Notes: generated by a model not told the origin, from the sequence alone. Positions 19,415-29,604 are shown, numbered from the stretch's first letter. The stretch is 64,000 nt of DNA from Anaerolineae bacterium (GCA_963675785.1 OY776562.1:1408001-1472000); one strand, 5' to 3'. Numbers and translations are program-made.

Positions 19415-20191
19415 CTAATTCGTAATCCGGCTGACAGCCGTAAGACTGGGTTTAAACCGATTGCTCTTGACCGGGTAGAGCAAACTGGTGCCGATGCAGT
19501 ACTTGGAAAAACTCATCGGGTGGTACCCCAGTTTCCTCAAGGCGCTGACAAAAGGAGAATCCTTATGGCGTTCGACTTGCTTGACCTCGGCAATTGCTAC
19601 TCCACCCAATTCTAGGGTCTCTGAAAAATCATAGGGACGGTAGTCTAGGTCAATATCCAGCGTAATCCGCTCCTGATACTGGCTGTTCACTAGTGTAATC
19701 CGCGTAAAGCTGTTCCACAGCTTGGGCTCCAAAGGATCTACCCCAAGCGGAAGGCGGCTCTTCACAAAAGAGTTGCTCTCATCATCCAACACAATCGCAT
19801 CAGCCGGCTGCCTGGACTTGCAAGTGCGCCCGAGCGGCGTCTTGTGCTTGATCTCGATAAAGGAGAGCTGATTGGCCAAATATTCACGCGTGCGAACCTT
19901 GTAGCGGTTGGACGCGCCATTGTGATGCTGCCGGTAAAAATAGAACGAGTCCGTATCGTAATAAAGGTTGCAATAGGGATTGAGCCGGTAGCCGTTGACC
20001 TCCAACACGGAATAGTCAGCTTGAACCACCGATAGCGTATCAAGCAGCGCGGCTTGTGATAGGACATACTTGGTATCAACGCGATCCATCAGGCCGGCAC
20101 TCTGGTTCACGTCAGAGAGGCTGATGGGCTTGAATTGAGCCACAAGATCCTGAATTCGTTGTGTTGCAGCATAGTTTGGGTACGTCGTCAT
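19415..20191 (-). CDS. VTC (polyphosphate polymerase) domain protein
   Basis: RVDTKY, NLYYDT, RYKVRTREY, FIEIKHK, RITLD, EVK, FSKYC. Confidence 0.85.
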   Translation of the reverse strand: MTTYPNYAATQRIQDLVAQFKPISLSDVNQSAGLMDRVDTKYVLSQAALLDTLSVVQADYSVLEVNGYRLNPYCNLYYDTDSFYFYRQHHNGASNRYKVRTREYLANQLSFIEIKHKTPLGRTCKSRQPADAIVLDDESNSFVKSRLPLGVDPLEPKLWNSFTRITLVNSQYQERITLDIDLDYRPYDFSETLELGGVAIAEVKQVERHKDSPFVSALRKLGYHPMSFSKYCIGTSLLYPVKSNRFKPSLTAVSRITN

Positions 20192-20414
20192 TTTGGTCCC
20201 CCGCTTTGAACTCCACACAACCATTGTAACCACCGATTGTTGGCCATGTGTTTCTCATTTGTTTAGATTTAGTTGGATAGCGGGGTCAAAATGGGTTTGT
20301 TGAGAGAGAAAAGGAGAATTTTTCTGGCAAGGTCAGGCAAGTCGCTGCTGGTTCTGAGGGGTAATATGCACTTGGCTATCCGCGAATAGCGGAACTGCGC
20401 CATGCAGAAAAGAA

Positions 20415-20444
20415 GGTGGTGACAGTCTTTTGAACTGTCACCAC
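20415..20444 (-). terminator. Terminator after the ABC substrate-binding gene
   Basis: GGTGGTGACAG..CTGTCACCACC + TTCTTTT. Confidence 0.7.
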
Positions 20445-20476
20445 CCCGAGTACTTACTTGATCCTTGACACAACAA

Positions 20477-22531
20477 CTATGCGCCGTGCTCCTCTGGATT
20501 GTCCCAGTAGAATTGTTGGGGATTCTGCAGCTCCTCATCTTCGACTGGATCATCATAAGGCACACCATCAATGAAATTGGTAAGGCCGTTTTTGACGATA
20601 ACGAGCTGAGGCAGCTGTCCCAGCAAACCAATTGCTGGTAGTTCCTCGATCCAAATGTCCAAGATCTGCTTAAAAAGGGCATTCTGTGTATCAGAATCTG
20701 CTTCAACCTGGATTTGCTCAGACAGATCCCAAACATCCCAAATCCAGTGCCCCTCGGGAGGCTCTTCAGCGTTAGGGTCGGTGGGATCGCTATACCACAT
20801 CGTCCAGGCCCCTGCCCACGGGCGATAGACTGCAACGCCATAGACATCGGCAGTAAAGTTGCCAGTAGCAGCCAATGGCAGCACAGTGCGATCCATGGAC
20901 CAGTTGTTGACTTCGAGCTCGTTGGCTTGGCAATGCTCATAGAAAAGAGAACGTTCGGCATATTTGTACTGCGCCTTGATGCCTACTACGGACAGATACT
21001 GAATGGCCATCTGTGCCGCATCCTCGTTGGGATCACCCGTCTCATAGAACATCTCGATGGTAAAGCTGATAGGACCAGAACCATCCTTGTAGAGCCGATA
21101 GCCTTCATCATCCTTGGTGGTGTACCCAAGACCATCCAAGAGTTCGTTGGCTTTGTCCGGGTCATAATCGAGGTAACTGTTGGATAATTCGGGATAATAG
21201 TTCGGAGAACCCTCGATAGGACTGAACTGTCGCGGTGTGCCCAAGCCGTTGAACGCCAGTTCGTTGATTGATTCTCGATCCATCGCGTAGGACATGGCAA
21301 TACGAGCATCACGCTCCATAAAGAACTCGCGCAACTGGAGGTTCTTGCAAGTCATGTTTGGTATGAGGATCGGGTGACCAGCACTGAGCAATTGTCCTGT
21401 AGTGTATTCTCCGCTTTCTTCATTTTCTTTGAAAAGCGTATAGTTGCCAACCTCAGTATGCCTCGCCTGATAGTCAATCTCTCCATTGACAATCCACATG
21501 TTGAACACATCAGCGGATTCGAACAATCGATGATTGACCGTATCGATATAAGGCAATTGCTGACCTGCTTCATCCACTTGCCAGAAATAAGGATTTCGGC
21601 TCATGGTAAAGAGTTCGTCCTGCATCGAGTTGTCCATCTTCCAGACGTAGAGCACCGGCACTTCGGGATTTAGCAACCAGTTCACACGATCGGCATAGTA
21701 GAGATCCCAGGTAGAGAATCCCGCAGCAGTCGCCGTAGCAGTTGCCACGTCCTCACCAATGAAATCGGGGTGGAATTGCTCGTAATAATGGCTTGGAACA
21801 AAGGGCAAGTTGCGAGTCAGCTCGTATACGAGCAAAGGCTTGGGCTCACCATATTTGAGAACGATTGTAAAGTCATCAGGCGTCTCGAGTTCTGCAGCCT
21901 GTCTAGGAGTGCCCCACCCCCACCTCTCGATCATAGCAGGTGTAAGCACTTCGTTCCCCAAAACATGATCCCAATACCAGCGCGCTGCCGCCGAAGTCAA
22001 AGGTTCGCCATCAGACCATCGGGTGCCTTTGCGGAGATAAATGGTCCATTCACTGCCGTCGTCGCTGATCTCCCAAGATTCGGCCAAATTGGTACGTATA
22101 CTTAGATCGAGATTGAACCACAAGAGCCCCTCATTACTCAGCTTCGTGGGGCCGTTGCCGTCGGATACACCTTTGAAAGCACGGCGGAGCACACCACCAT
22201 ATTGGCCCACAGATTCGTTCACCGGGCAAACACAAGGGTTCTCTGGAAGTCGCTCACTGACGGGCGGCAAATCACCAGAAGCAACCAACTCTGCCAGCAT
22301 TGGTGATTCAGAATAAGCAACTACGCTAGCCGTAGGCTCAACAACGGCCGTAGCTTCTGGCGCACTAGTCGCTTCTGGCGCTGATGTCGCCGCAGATGCG
22401 CTAGTAGCTGTTGGTGCGACAGTAGCGGTAGGTTCAGGTGTGGCCGTAGCTTCAGTACAAGCTGCTGCCACAGTCGCAGCCGTTACGAGCGCACTTACGC
22501 GCACAAACTCTCTACGAGTTATTTGTCTCAT
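20477..22531 (-). CDS. ABC transporter substrate-binding lipoprotein, family 5 (Tat signal)
   Basis: TRREFV + AAC lipobox; ESPML..LPPVSERLPENP; LRKGTRWSDGEP; RNPYFWQVD..QLPYID. Confidence 0.9.
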   Translation of the reverse strand: MRQITRREFVRVSALVTAATVAAACTEATATPEPTATVAPTATSASAATSAPEATSAPEATAVVEPTASVVAYSESPMLAELVASGDLPPVSERLPENPCVCPVNESVGQYGGVLRRAFKGVSDGNGPTKLSNEGLLWFNLDLSIRTNLAESWEISDDGSEWTIYLRKGTRWSDGEPLTSAAARWYWDHVLGNEVLTPAMIERWGWGTPRQAAELETPDDFTIVLKYGEPKPLLVYELTRNLPFVPSHYYEQFHPDFIGEDVATATATAAGFSTWDLYYADRVNWLLNPEVPVLYVWKMDNSMQDELFTMSRNPYFWQVDEAGQQLPYIDTVNHRLFESADVFNMWIVNGEIDYQARHTEVGNYTLFKENEESGEYTTGQLLSAGHPILIPNMTCKNLQLREFFMERDARIAMSYAMDRESINELAFNGLGTPRQFSPIEGSPNYYPELSNSYLDYDPDKANELLDGLGYTTKDDEGYRLYKDGSGPISFTIEMFYETGDPNEDAAQMAIQYLSVVGIKAQYKYAERSLFYEHCQANELEVNNWSMDRTVLPLAATGNFTADVYGVAVYRPWAGAWTMWYSDPTDPNAEEPPEGHWIWDVWDLSEQIQVEADSDTQNALFKQILDIWIEELPAIGLLGQLPQLVIVKNGLTNFIDGVPYDDPVEDEELQNPQQFYWDNPEEHGA

Positions 22532-22649
22532 TTACCCTTCTCCTCCTTCTTCTGATCACTGCGCTACTCCAATAGTAGCGGCGCGAATCAGAAGGACTGA
22601 ACAAAACCTGCTACTCTGTAATACTCCTCACCCCCTTTACTATGGCGAA

Positions 22650-24086
22650 TCAGTGGTGTACTTGCACGTCAAAGCCAGCTACCTCGCCGAGATCTTTGAC
22701 CTCTTCCACATGATCGCCGTACACAACCGCCAGATGGTGTCCGTAACATCCCTTGGCAAGCGCCTGACGAAACTCGCGGACGCCCCCTTCAACTCGGTAA
22801 AAGATTGCCGGGCTGCAATAGGTTTCTCTGAATTCGCAACCAAGGATCTCTGCACGTGCGACAATCATGCTGTCGCCACGGCGATTGAAACGCCCCATTG
22901 TCACGACCTTTGTATCCCTTGCGGCCATGTCCACTTGGACTTTGGTTCCCCAGCCTTCTTGCGTAAAGTGCCCCAGGAAATAAGGCATTTCAGGCTGCTC
23001 AAAACCTTCCATCTTGAGACCTGGGACAGCATGATGAATCTCTAGAATATCTTTATCGCAAAGCTGATCCAGATCAGACATACCCATCTGTTTTAGGGTT
23101 CTGGTGCCCTTGGGAACAAGCATTGGGTTGCCCATAAATACGGATTGTTCCGTTAGGTACATCAAAACCATTGTCGCCATGAGGACATTGAGGTCCTCTT
23201 CACAAGAAGATGGAATCCTGTCATCTTTTAGGAGAGAATGTGTAAGGCAAGGCGTGCACTTGGTCTGCATCGGATATCGAGAAGCACATAGCTCTTTGCA
23301 TGAAGTAGTAAAGGCGTTGCATCCGAACTTTTCCATCAGAGCCCTTACTGCTTCATAATACCTGACATCTTGCTGTATCCACTCCGCCTTGATACGGCTC
23401 TCCGTTGCTCCATTGACCAGGTTTTCAACCATACTGAGTGTATCGCTGGTCGCTTCCATCTTTTCCATTTGGTCAAAGACGTTGCGAAAAGTCATGCGGT
23501 TGTTGCGAATTCCGTATCTTTGATACAAGCCGTACAGGTCAGGGATGCTGCTGTTCACGCTGGCTGGAATCTGCTCCGTAGCCGAAAGAATGAGAATCTT
23601 GGTGTTGGCAATCGCTTTGCGCACCTGAAGCAGCTTGATCAGCTGATTGAATTCCTCATAATCATGCGCCATATAGGCTTCTGATCCCGTATCGCGATAA
23701 AAAGCGACGAGATCGATGGGGGTAGGCCCCAGATTGATCATCGAGATCGGCTTATGAAAGCGCTCGATCCCCGGCACGCGATAGGTGATGAGGTATAGAT
23801 CTACCTCAGGGGCATCCTTTGCCAGCTTTTCGAATTCGCTCTCAAGTACAACAAAAGTCTCGTCGAATTCTATATAAGCAGGCTCCATCAGGTTGGCATA
23901 CTTGCATAGGTTATCGCGCAGTTCTCGCGTCCATATGGCAAAATGTTCCTTGCCAGCCCTGATCTCATAAGATGGGGAAAGCTGCTCAGGCGTACCAACA
24001 CGGCACGGCCCCTCCCAAACACCAGAGTGCACCATGTTGCTGAACACGGGTTTGACGTTAACCTTGACATCCATGGCATGCAGCAT
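22650..24086 (-). CDS. L-fucose/L-arabinose isomerase-like protein, Cys-rich
   Basis: WEGPCR; CKELC..PCL; SCEED; C-terminal GHHLAVVYGDH. Confidence 0.65.
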   Translation of the reverse strand: MLHAMDVKVNVKPVFSNMVHSGVWEGPCRVGTPEQLSPSYEIRAGKEHFAIWTRELRDNLCKYANLMEPAYIEFDETFVVLESEFEKLAKDAPEVDLYLITYRVPGIERFHKPISMINLGPTPIDLVAFYRDTGSEAYMAHDYEEFNQLIKLLQVRKAIANTKILILSATEQIPASVNSSIPDLYGLYQRYGIRNNRMTFRNVFDQMEKMEATSDTLSMVENLVNGATESRIKAEWIQQDVRYYEAVRALMEKFGCNAFTTSCKELCASRYPMQTKCTPCLTHSLLKDDRIPSSCEEDLNVLMATMVLMYLTEQSVFMGNPMLVPKGTRTLKQMGMSDLDQLCDKDILEIHHAVPGLKMEGFEQPEMPYFLGHFTQEGWGTKVQVDMAARDTKVVTMGRFNRRGDSMIVARAEILGCEFRETYCSPAIFYRVEGGVREFRQALAKGCYGHHLAVVYGDHVEEVKDLGEVAGFDVQVHH

Positions 24087-24170
24087 AACGATCGTTCCTC
24101 CTCAATCACATGATTATTCTATAGTCATAAAGCCAGAATTTTTGCGGTTTCTCATGCAATAAGTTTGCAT

Positions 24171-24593
24171 TTATTCAGATTTATCGAGTTGTTTTAGCGC
24201 ATACGCTCGAATCTCCTCTGCTATCTTGCCCAATCCAATGCGGCGCTCCCCTAAAAGCTGGCCGAGCCCTATCTCATCCAGAAACCACATCGATGTACTT
24301 AGAACCTCTTCGGGTTTCCTTCCACTGAAGAGCTCAGCGATCATGCCAGCGAGTCCTTTTACAATGAGGGCATCACTATCGCAGCGCACTTTTACAAGCC
24401 CGGCCTCCATAGTGATGTCTACCCACAAGTTGGATTGACAACCTTGGATGCGGTTTGCGTCCTGACGAATCTGCTCGTCGAAAGCAGCCCCCTCTGACAA
24501 TGCTCTGTTGAGCAAATAGTCATAGCGGTCTAGCTCGTCTCCAAGCATGGAAAAAAGATGTACGTATTCCTCCTGTTGCTCATCTAGTGTCAT
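24171..24593 (-). CDS. sufE: SufE-family sulfur acceptor
   Basis: RIQGCQSNLW; DSDALIVKGL; overlaps the sufS stop. Confidence 0.85.
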   Translation of the reverse strand: MTLDEQQEEYVHLFSMLGDELDRYDYLLNRALSEGAAFDEQIRQDANRIQGCQSNLWVDITMEAGLVKVRCDSDALIVKGLAGMIAELFSGRKPEEVLSTSMWFLDEIGLGQLLGERRIGLGKIAEEIRAYALKQLDKSE

Positions 24594-25818
24594 GAGCTCT
24601 TCTTCCGTATTTGCCCAGTATCCACTCTAGCTCGTCACAAAGAGCATCAACCTCAGCGCGCGTATTGTAAAAGCAAAGAGACACCCTCACGGTGCCCTCT
24701 ACGCCCAGGCGCCGCATCACAAGCTGGGCACAGTGTTCGCCGCACCGCGTGGCAATCCCCCGTGCTCCCAAGAGTGTGCTGATATCAAAAGGATGCATCC
24801 CTTCCGCAACGAACGAGATAACAGGAACACAAGGTTGCTTTGCCCCAAACAAGCAGAGGCCGGGAATTTTCCCCAGGTGCTCCCGGGCATAAGCGGTCAG
24901 TTCTCTCTCACATCTTGCTATCCCCTCCAAACTAATATCTTGTAGATAGTGAATAGCTGCCTGAAGCCCCAGCACATCCGCAACGTTAGGCGTTCCCGCC
25001 TCGAACCTATGCGGCAGGCCCTGATAGCTGTTATCCAGCCATGCAGTCCCAAGTCGATCGATCATGTCTCCGCCGCTTTGGTAAGGGGCCATCCTTTCCA
25101 TGTAACTGCTTTTCCCATAGAGCACGCCCACACCCATAGGGCCATAGAGCTTGTGGCCAGAGAAGCAAAAGAAATCGCAATCCAGCTCTTGCACATTCGT
25201 CCGACCGTGTTGAATGCTCTGCGCTCCATCCACCAACACAGGCACACCTTTTTCATGGGCCAGACGAATGACCTCTTTGAGCGGCGGGATAATGCCTATG
25301 CTGTTCGAAGCGCCCGTAATCGCCACAATCGCCGTCTTTTCGTCCAGCACGTCTCGAAAGGCGGTCAGATCGAGGCCATCCTCACAGGTGAACGGAACCA
25401 GGCGTAACTGGCCTTGCTTCTTCCAACATGCCGCTTGCCAGGGTAAGAGATTCGAGTGATGCTCGAGCTCTGTGGCAATCACATTCCCGCCCGGTTTGAG
25501 AAAAACATCACAAAAACTAGAGGCTACCAAGTTCAAAGCCTCTGTGACGCCCTTGGTAAAAACGATCTCCTCTGACTGCGCAGCACCGATGAAATCACGC
25601 ACGCTTGCCCGGGCCGCCTCGTAGAGTTTGGTGGCCTCGGTGCTCTGCGGATAGGTTCCGCGATGGACGTTGGCGTTTTGCTCCGTATAGAATCGCACCA
25701 ACGCATCGATGACAGCTTGTGGCTTTTGCGTTGTCGCCGCGTTATCCAAATAGATCAACCGCTCGTTACTTTTTGCCAACAAAGGAAAATCCTGCCGGAT
25801 TTCATTCACATCGAACAT
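24580..25818 (-). CDS. sufS: SufS-type (group II) cysteine desulfurase
   Basis: YLDNAATTQKP, EHHSNLLPW, FSGHKLYGP, FEAGTP, RCGEHCA. Confidence 0.9.
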   Translation of the reverse strand: MFDVNEIRQDFPLLAKSNERLIYLDNAATTQKPQAVIDALVRFYTEQNANVHRGTYPQSTEATKLYEAARASVRDFIGAAQSEEIVFTKGVTEALNLVASSFCDVFLKPGGNVIATELEHHSNLLPWQAACWKKQGQLRLVPFTCEDGLDLTAFRDVLDEKTAIVAITGASNSIGIIPPLKEVIRLAHEKGVPVLVDGAQSIQHGRTNVQELDCDFFCFSGHKLYGPMGVGVLYGKSSYMERMAPYQSGGDMIDRLGTAWLDNSYQGLPHRFEAGTPNVADVLGLQAAIHYLQDISLEGIARCERELTAYAREHLGKIPGLCLFGAKQPCVPVISFVAEGMHPFDISTLLGARGIATRCGEHCAQLVMRRLGVEGTVRVSLCFYNTRAEVDALCDELEWILGKYGRRAHDTR

Positions 25819-25824
25819 GCTTGA

Positions 25825-26244
25825 CTACTTTCGTTGAGCACAGTACGCTGGATACAGTTGGTCTACCAAGTCCTCGATCGTCACAATTTCTGCAGCCTTG
25901 TCGTCATCCAGCATTACATTCAACTGCCGCTCCACATTCATGATGAAGAGAACCTTCTTATCGAGGGCAGAGTTTGTCTCATGGCAGTCGTACTTTTCCA
26001 CACGCTCAATTGCCGCCGAATAATCCCCTGCATCTTTCGGGTGTATGTTCTGCTTTATGCTCAGAATCGCTAACCGGTAGAGATTGTTTTCTCCGGTATC
26101 TGCATCCAGCATGTACTTGGCCAGCAGATACCCCTTGAGATTGAGCAAGAACTCGGATTTGTCACCCGCGCCTAGCTGCAATCTATCCATGTACACCTGA
26201 GCCAATTGGTTGCTTTGCTTGATTCTCTCTGCATAGTCCGACAT
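25825..26244 (-). CDS. Hypothetical protein with an acyl-carrier-protein-like C-terminus
   Basis: DCHETNSALDKKVLFIMNVERQLNVMLDDDKAAEIVTIEDLVDQL resembles ACP helices II-IV; GAGGTG RBS. Confidence 0.6.
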   Translation of the reverse strand: MSDYAERIKQSNQLAQVYMDRLQLGAGDKSEFLLNLKGYLLAKYMLDADTGENNLYRLAILSIKQNIHPKDAGDYSAAIERVEKYDCHETNSALDKKVLFIMNVERQLNVMLDDDKAAEIVTIEDLVDQLYPAYCAQRK

Positions 26245-26271
26245 AATTCACCTCGTAAGAAACACCATGAA

Positions 26272-26322
26272 CAAGGTAGCAGAGAACAAGAGGATTTTTC
26301 TGACTTTTTAGCCGATTTTCTT
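26272..26322 (-). promoter_or_regulatory. Putative AraC-type operator (AAAATC direct repeat, 21-bp period) next to an extended -10
   Basis: GATTTT at 26293 and 26314; TGcTACCTT on minus strand. Confidence 0.35.
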
Positions 26323-26424
26323 TGCGTTGTGTCGTGTCCATCAAAAGGCAAAACAATCTGGGATAGTCTGCTGTGACATCAGAGGCTCGCATAAGGGAAG
26401 TGACTGGAATCGAGGAGGAACACC

Positions 26425-27291
26425 TTGGAACTGGAATATGCCCAATTCAAACAAGAGCTAGAGGGCGATTTTACAATCGAGCACAAAATCACTGCTTCCC
26501 CGGATCAAAATTTCTTTCACATTCATGATCCCTTTGAGATAATGTTTGTGCTATCAGCGGGCGCTGTTTGCCTTGTTGCCGATAAAAAATACCCTGTACC
26601 ACAAAATAGTCTTCTCATCTTTAACAACATGGATCTGCACATGTTCCATCGCAATAAGACCTCCTGCTATGATAGATACATGCTATACTTTCGGCCTGAA
26701 TATATCGAAGATCTTTCCTCCGAACAGACCGATCTTCTGGAATGTTTCTTTTATCGCCCTTTCGAAGACGTCCATCTTGTGCCCCTCGATGAAAATGCTT
26801 CGGCCCAATTGATCCCCCTTCTAGAGCGCGTCTTGGAATGTCGGAATGCTCACGATGCTTCCTACGGGCAGGACCTGAGATTGCGCTTCCTTTTGGGAGA
26901 GCTCTTGCTCTTTGTCAATGAAGCTTACCGAGGCTACCACGGCATTTCCTCTGAAGGCACACCGAGTGACTACCGCCTCGTCTACCCCGTCATCAACTAC
27001 ATCCATCGCCATCTCACCGAAGACTTGACCCTGGATGTGCTCGCCCAAAACGTCTTTCTCAACAAGCACTACCTTTGCGCCCTCTTCAAGGGCGTTACTG
27101 GCATCTCGCCCAAGCAATACGTCATCAACTGTCGCATCATGAAGGCCAAAGAGCTTTTGAGCAAAGGAGTTTCCGTGGAAATGGTTGGCCGGTTGGTAGG
27201 CTATAACAACCTCTCCCATTTCAGCCGCTCCTTCAAACAGCACGCTGGCCTTAGCCCCAAGAAATACGCCATGCAGTTCGATTTAGACTAA
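26425..27291 (+). CDS. AraC family transcriptional regulator
   Basis: Cupin FHIHDPFEI; HTH GYNNLSHFSRSFKQHAGLSPKKY; TTG start after GAGGAGG. Confidence 0.9.
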   Translation: MELEYAQFKQELEGDFTIEHKITASPDQNFFHIHDPFEIMFVLSAGAVCLVADKKYPVPQNSLLIFNNMDLHMFHRNKTSCYDRYMLYFRPEYIEDLSSEQTDLLECFFYRPFEDVHLVPLDENASAQLIPLLERVLECRNAHDASYGQDLRLRFLLGELLLFVNEAYRGYHGISSEGTPSDYRLVYPVINYIHRHLTEDLTLDVLAQNVFLNKHYLCALFKGVTGISPKQYVINCRIMKAKELLSKGVSVEMVGRLVGYNNLSHFSRSFKQHAGLSPKKYAMQFDLD

Positions 27292-27326
27292 GTAACCCTT
27301 TTCGCCCTCTCTGCCTCACAAAATTA

Positions 27327-27401
27327 CGCGGATTGAAACCCTCCGCTGATCACACACAAACTCCTCCATCCGCCTCCTCAGCGTGGGGTTTCAACCCCAC
27401 G
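27327..27401. repeat. Inverted pair of REP-like hairpins (REPIN-like)
   Basis: GCGGATTGAAACCCTCCGCTGA ... TCAGCGTGGGGTTTCAACCCCACGC. Confidence 0.55.
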
Positions 27402-27522
27402 CCCCCCCACACCCGCCACATAATGGGCCGAATGGGGCGTCGGCTATACATAACGCGTCCTCTGGCCACGCCGCACATCACCACCCTCGCATATCTGCTC
27501 TACCTCCGCAATACATGCTTCC

Positions 27523-27596
27523 CCTAGGCCCCGCACCGTAGGTGCGGCCGCACCATAGGTGCGACGAGACGCGAGCGACCGCAGGTCGCAAGTCCC
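27523..27596 (+). repeat. Type-C REP-like element (long form)
   Basis: CCTAGGCC-CCGCACCGTAGGTGCGG-CCGCACCATAGGTGCGAC-GAGA..AGTCCC. Confidence 0.7.
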
Positions 27597-27611
27597 TTCC
27601 CCTCCTCCCCC

Positions 27612-27640
27612 TTGCACTCCCTCCGTCCCCGCGCTACACT
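27612..27640 (+). promoter_or_regulatory. sigma70 promoter TTGCAC-N17-TACACT
   Basis: Equivalent TTGCAC-N17-TAGAAT precedes the paralog at 33088. Confidence 0.55.
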
Positions 27641-27675
27641 CCCCTCGCCTAACCCATACTAGGAGGTCTGTAACG

Positions 27676-29604
27676 ATGTCGTTAGCCCAATGGAACCCCC
27701 GCGAAATCGAACGCATTCTCGATGAGGCCGGCCCTGTCGCGCTCATGCCGCCCATCACCGATCGCACCACCTGGGAGGCGATGGCCGCCCACGCCGGCGC
27801 CGACCGCGTCGCCGCCGTCATAAAAAAGGCCGAGGGCCTCATGGACGAGCCCATCCCCACCCTCACCGCCAGCCTCTGGCTGGACTTTCAGCGCACCGGC
27901 AACCGCGCCGATTGGGAGCGCGTCCACGGCGCCCGTAGCGCCATGCTCACCACCTTTGTACTGGCCGAAGCGCTGGAGAACAAGGGCCGCTTTCTCGATA
28001 AATGCCTGGACATGATCTGGGCCCACCTGGAGGAATCCTCCTGGGCGCTGCCCGCCCACCAATCCCGCCTCACCGACCGCGACGAGCCCATTGTCGATCT
28101 GGGCGCGGTGATGACCGCCATTGATCTGGCCGAGTTCGACGCCGTCATGGGCCCGGTTATGGATCCCCTGCTGGGCAAGCGCATCCGCGACGAAGTCAAC
28201 GAACGCGTCCTGGTGCCCTACATGGCCCGCCATGATTACAACTGGATGTTCAACGCCGGCGGTGGGCAGGTCAACAACTGGAACGCCGTCTGCAACTGCG
28301 GCTGCATGGCCGCCGCCATGTATCTGCAGCGCGATAACGCCCACACCGCCGAGGTGCTGGCCCGCGGCCTGCGCTCGCTGGACGACTATCTCCTCGGCTT
28401 TGACCCCGACGGCGGCAGCACCGAGGGCCCCGGCTACTGGGAATACGGTTTTGGCCATTACGTCGTCATCGGCGATCTGGTCGAGCGCCGCACCAAGGGC
28501 GCCATCCCCATGCTCCACACCGATCAGGTACGCAACGTGGCCCAGTTCCCCATGCGCACCCGCCTGGCCGGCAACGAGTACGCCACCTTTTCCGATTGCG
28601 ATACCCATGTCGAGCTCAACCGCCCCCTGGTGGCCTTTTTGTCTCGCCGCCTGCAACTGCCGCGGCTGATGGCCCTGGCGAACTGTGAGGCTTACGATCA
28701 CCGCTGGGGCAGCTTGGTGTGGGCCCTGCGCGAGTTCTTGTGGGCTTCGGACCCCACCGATGAGCCCTTGGTCCTCGACGAGCGCAACTGGTTCGGCGGC
28801 ATGGCCTGGATGATCGCCCGCCTCGACCCCACCGATCCCGATGCTATGGTCTTGGCCTGCAAGGGTGGCCATAACGGCGAAATGCACAACCAGAACGACG
28901 TGGGCAGCTTTATCGTCACCGTTGGCGGCGAGTCCATCATCCGCGATCCAGGTCGCGGCCGCTACACCCGCGAGTACTTTGGCGAAAAACGCTACTCCTT
29001 CTGGATCTGCACCAGCAAGAGCCACTCGGTACCCCTGGTCAACGGCGTCGACCAAAGCATCAACCAGGCCGATATGGAGCGCTTCCTTGGGCAGATCGAA
29101 CACGACGACCCCGGCAAAGACATGGCTCGCGCAGCTGAGGGCAAGCGCAAAATGGCGCCTCGCCGCGCCAACATGGGGGCCCAGTTCGCCGCCGATGTCG
29201 TCGAACACATCGAGACATCCTGCGAGGATCGCCTCACCATCGACATGACCAACGTCTATGGCGAGGAAGCCGACCTGGAGCTGCTGCAGCGCAGCACCGC
29301 TCTCTTGCGCAAGGTGCCCGGCGGCCGCGTCACCGTCACCGATACCTACCGCTTCAAGGGCGGCGCCCATCCCTTTGAGAACGCCATCATCACCCTCGTG
29401 CAACCCGAACTCACCGATAATGCCGTCGTGCTCCGCGGCGAAAAAGCCGCTCTGCGCATCACCTGGCAGGGTGCAAAAGAAGTGGTGATCGAGCCGCACA
29501 AAGACGTGGACATGTACGACGGCCTCCGCGACGTCTATCGCATCGCCTTCCGTGCCCCATTGCAAAAAGAGGGCGAAATCAAACTGTCTGTGGAGAGGGC
29601 CTAA
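27676..29604 (+). CDS. Heparinase II/III family protein (paralog 1)
   Basis: NNWNAVC, DGGSTEGPGYWEYG, KGGHNGEMHNQNDVGSF, HSVP; ATG after AGGAGG. Confidence 0.85.
   Translation: MSLAQWNPREIERILDEAGPVALMPPITDRTTWEAMAAHAGADRVAAVIKKAEGLMDEPIPTLTASLWLDFQRTGNRADWERVHGARSAMLTTFVLAEALENKGRFLDKCLDMIWAHLEESSWALPAHQSRLTDRDEPIVDLGAVMTAIDLAEFDAVMGPVMDPLLGKRIRDEVNERVLVPYMARHDYNWMFNAGGGQVNNWNAVCNCGCMAAAMYLQRDNAHTAEVLARGLRSLDDYLLGFDPDGGSTEGPGYWEYGFGHYVVIGDLVERRTKGAIPMLHTDQVRNVAQFPMRTRLAGNEYATFSDCDTHVELNRPLVAFLSRRLQLPRLMALANCEAYDHRWGSLVWALREFLWASDPTDEPLVLDERNWFGGMAWMIARLDPTDPDAMVLACKGGHNGEMHNQNDVGSFIVTVGGESIIRDPGRGRYTREYFGEKRYSFWICTSKSHSVPLVNGVDQSINQADMERFLGQIEHDDPGKDMARAAEGKRKMAPRRANMGAQFAADVVEHIETSCEDRLTIDMTNVYGEEADLELLQRSTALLRKVPGGRVTVTDTYRFKGGAHPFENAIITLVQPELTDNAVVLRGEKAALRITWQGAKEVVIEPHKDVDMYDGLRDVYRIAFRAPLQKEGEIKLSVERA

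Noticed and set aside
20225-20275. Pho-box-like 11-bp repeats upstream of the VTC gene
   Set aside because: Only a weak AAACA repeat; it does not match the PhoB consensus well enough to call.
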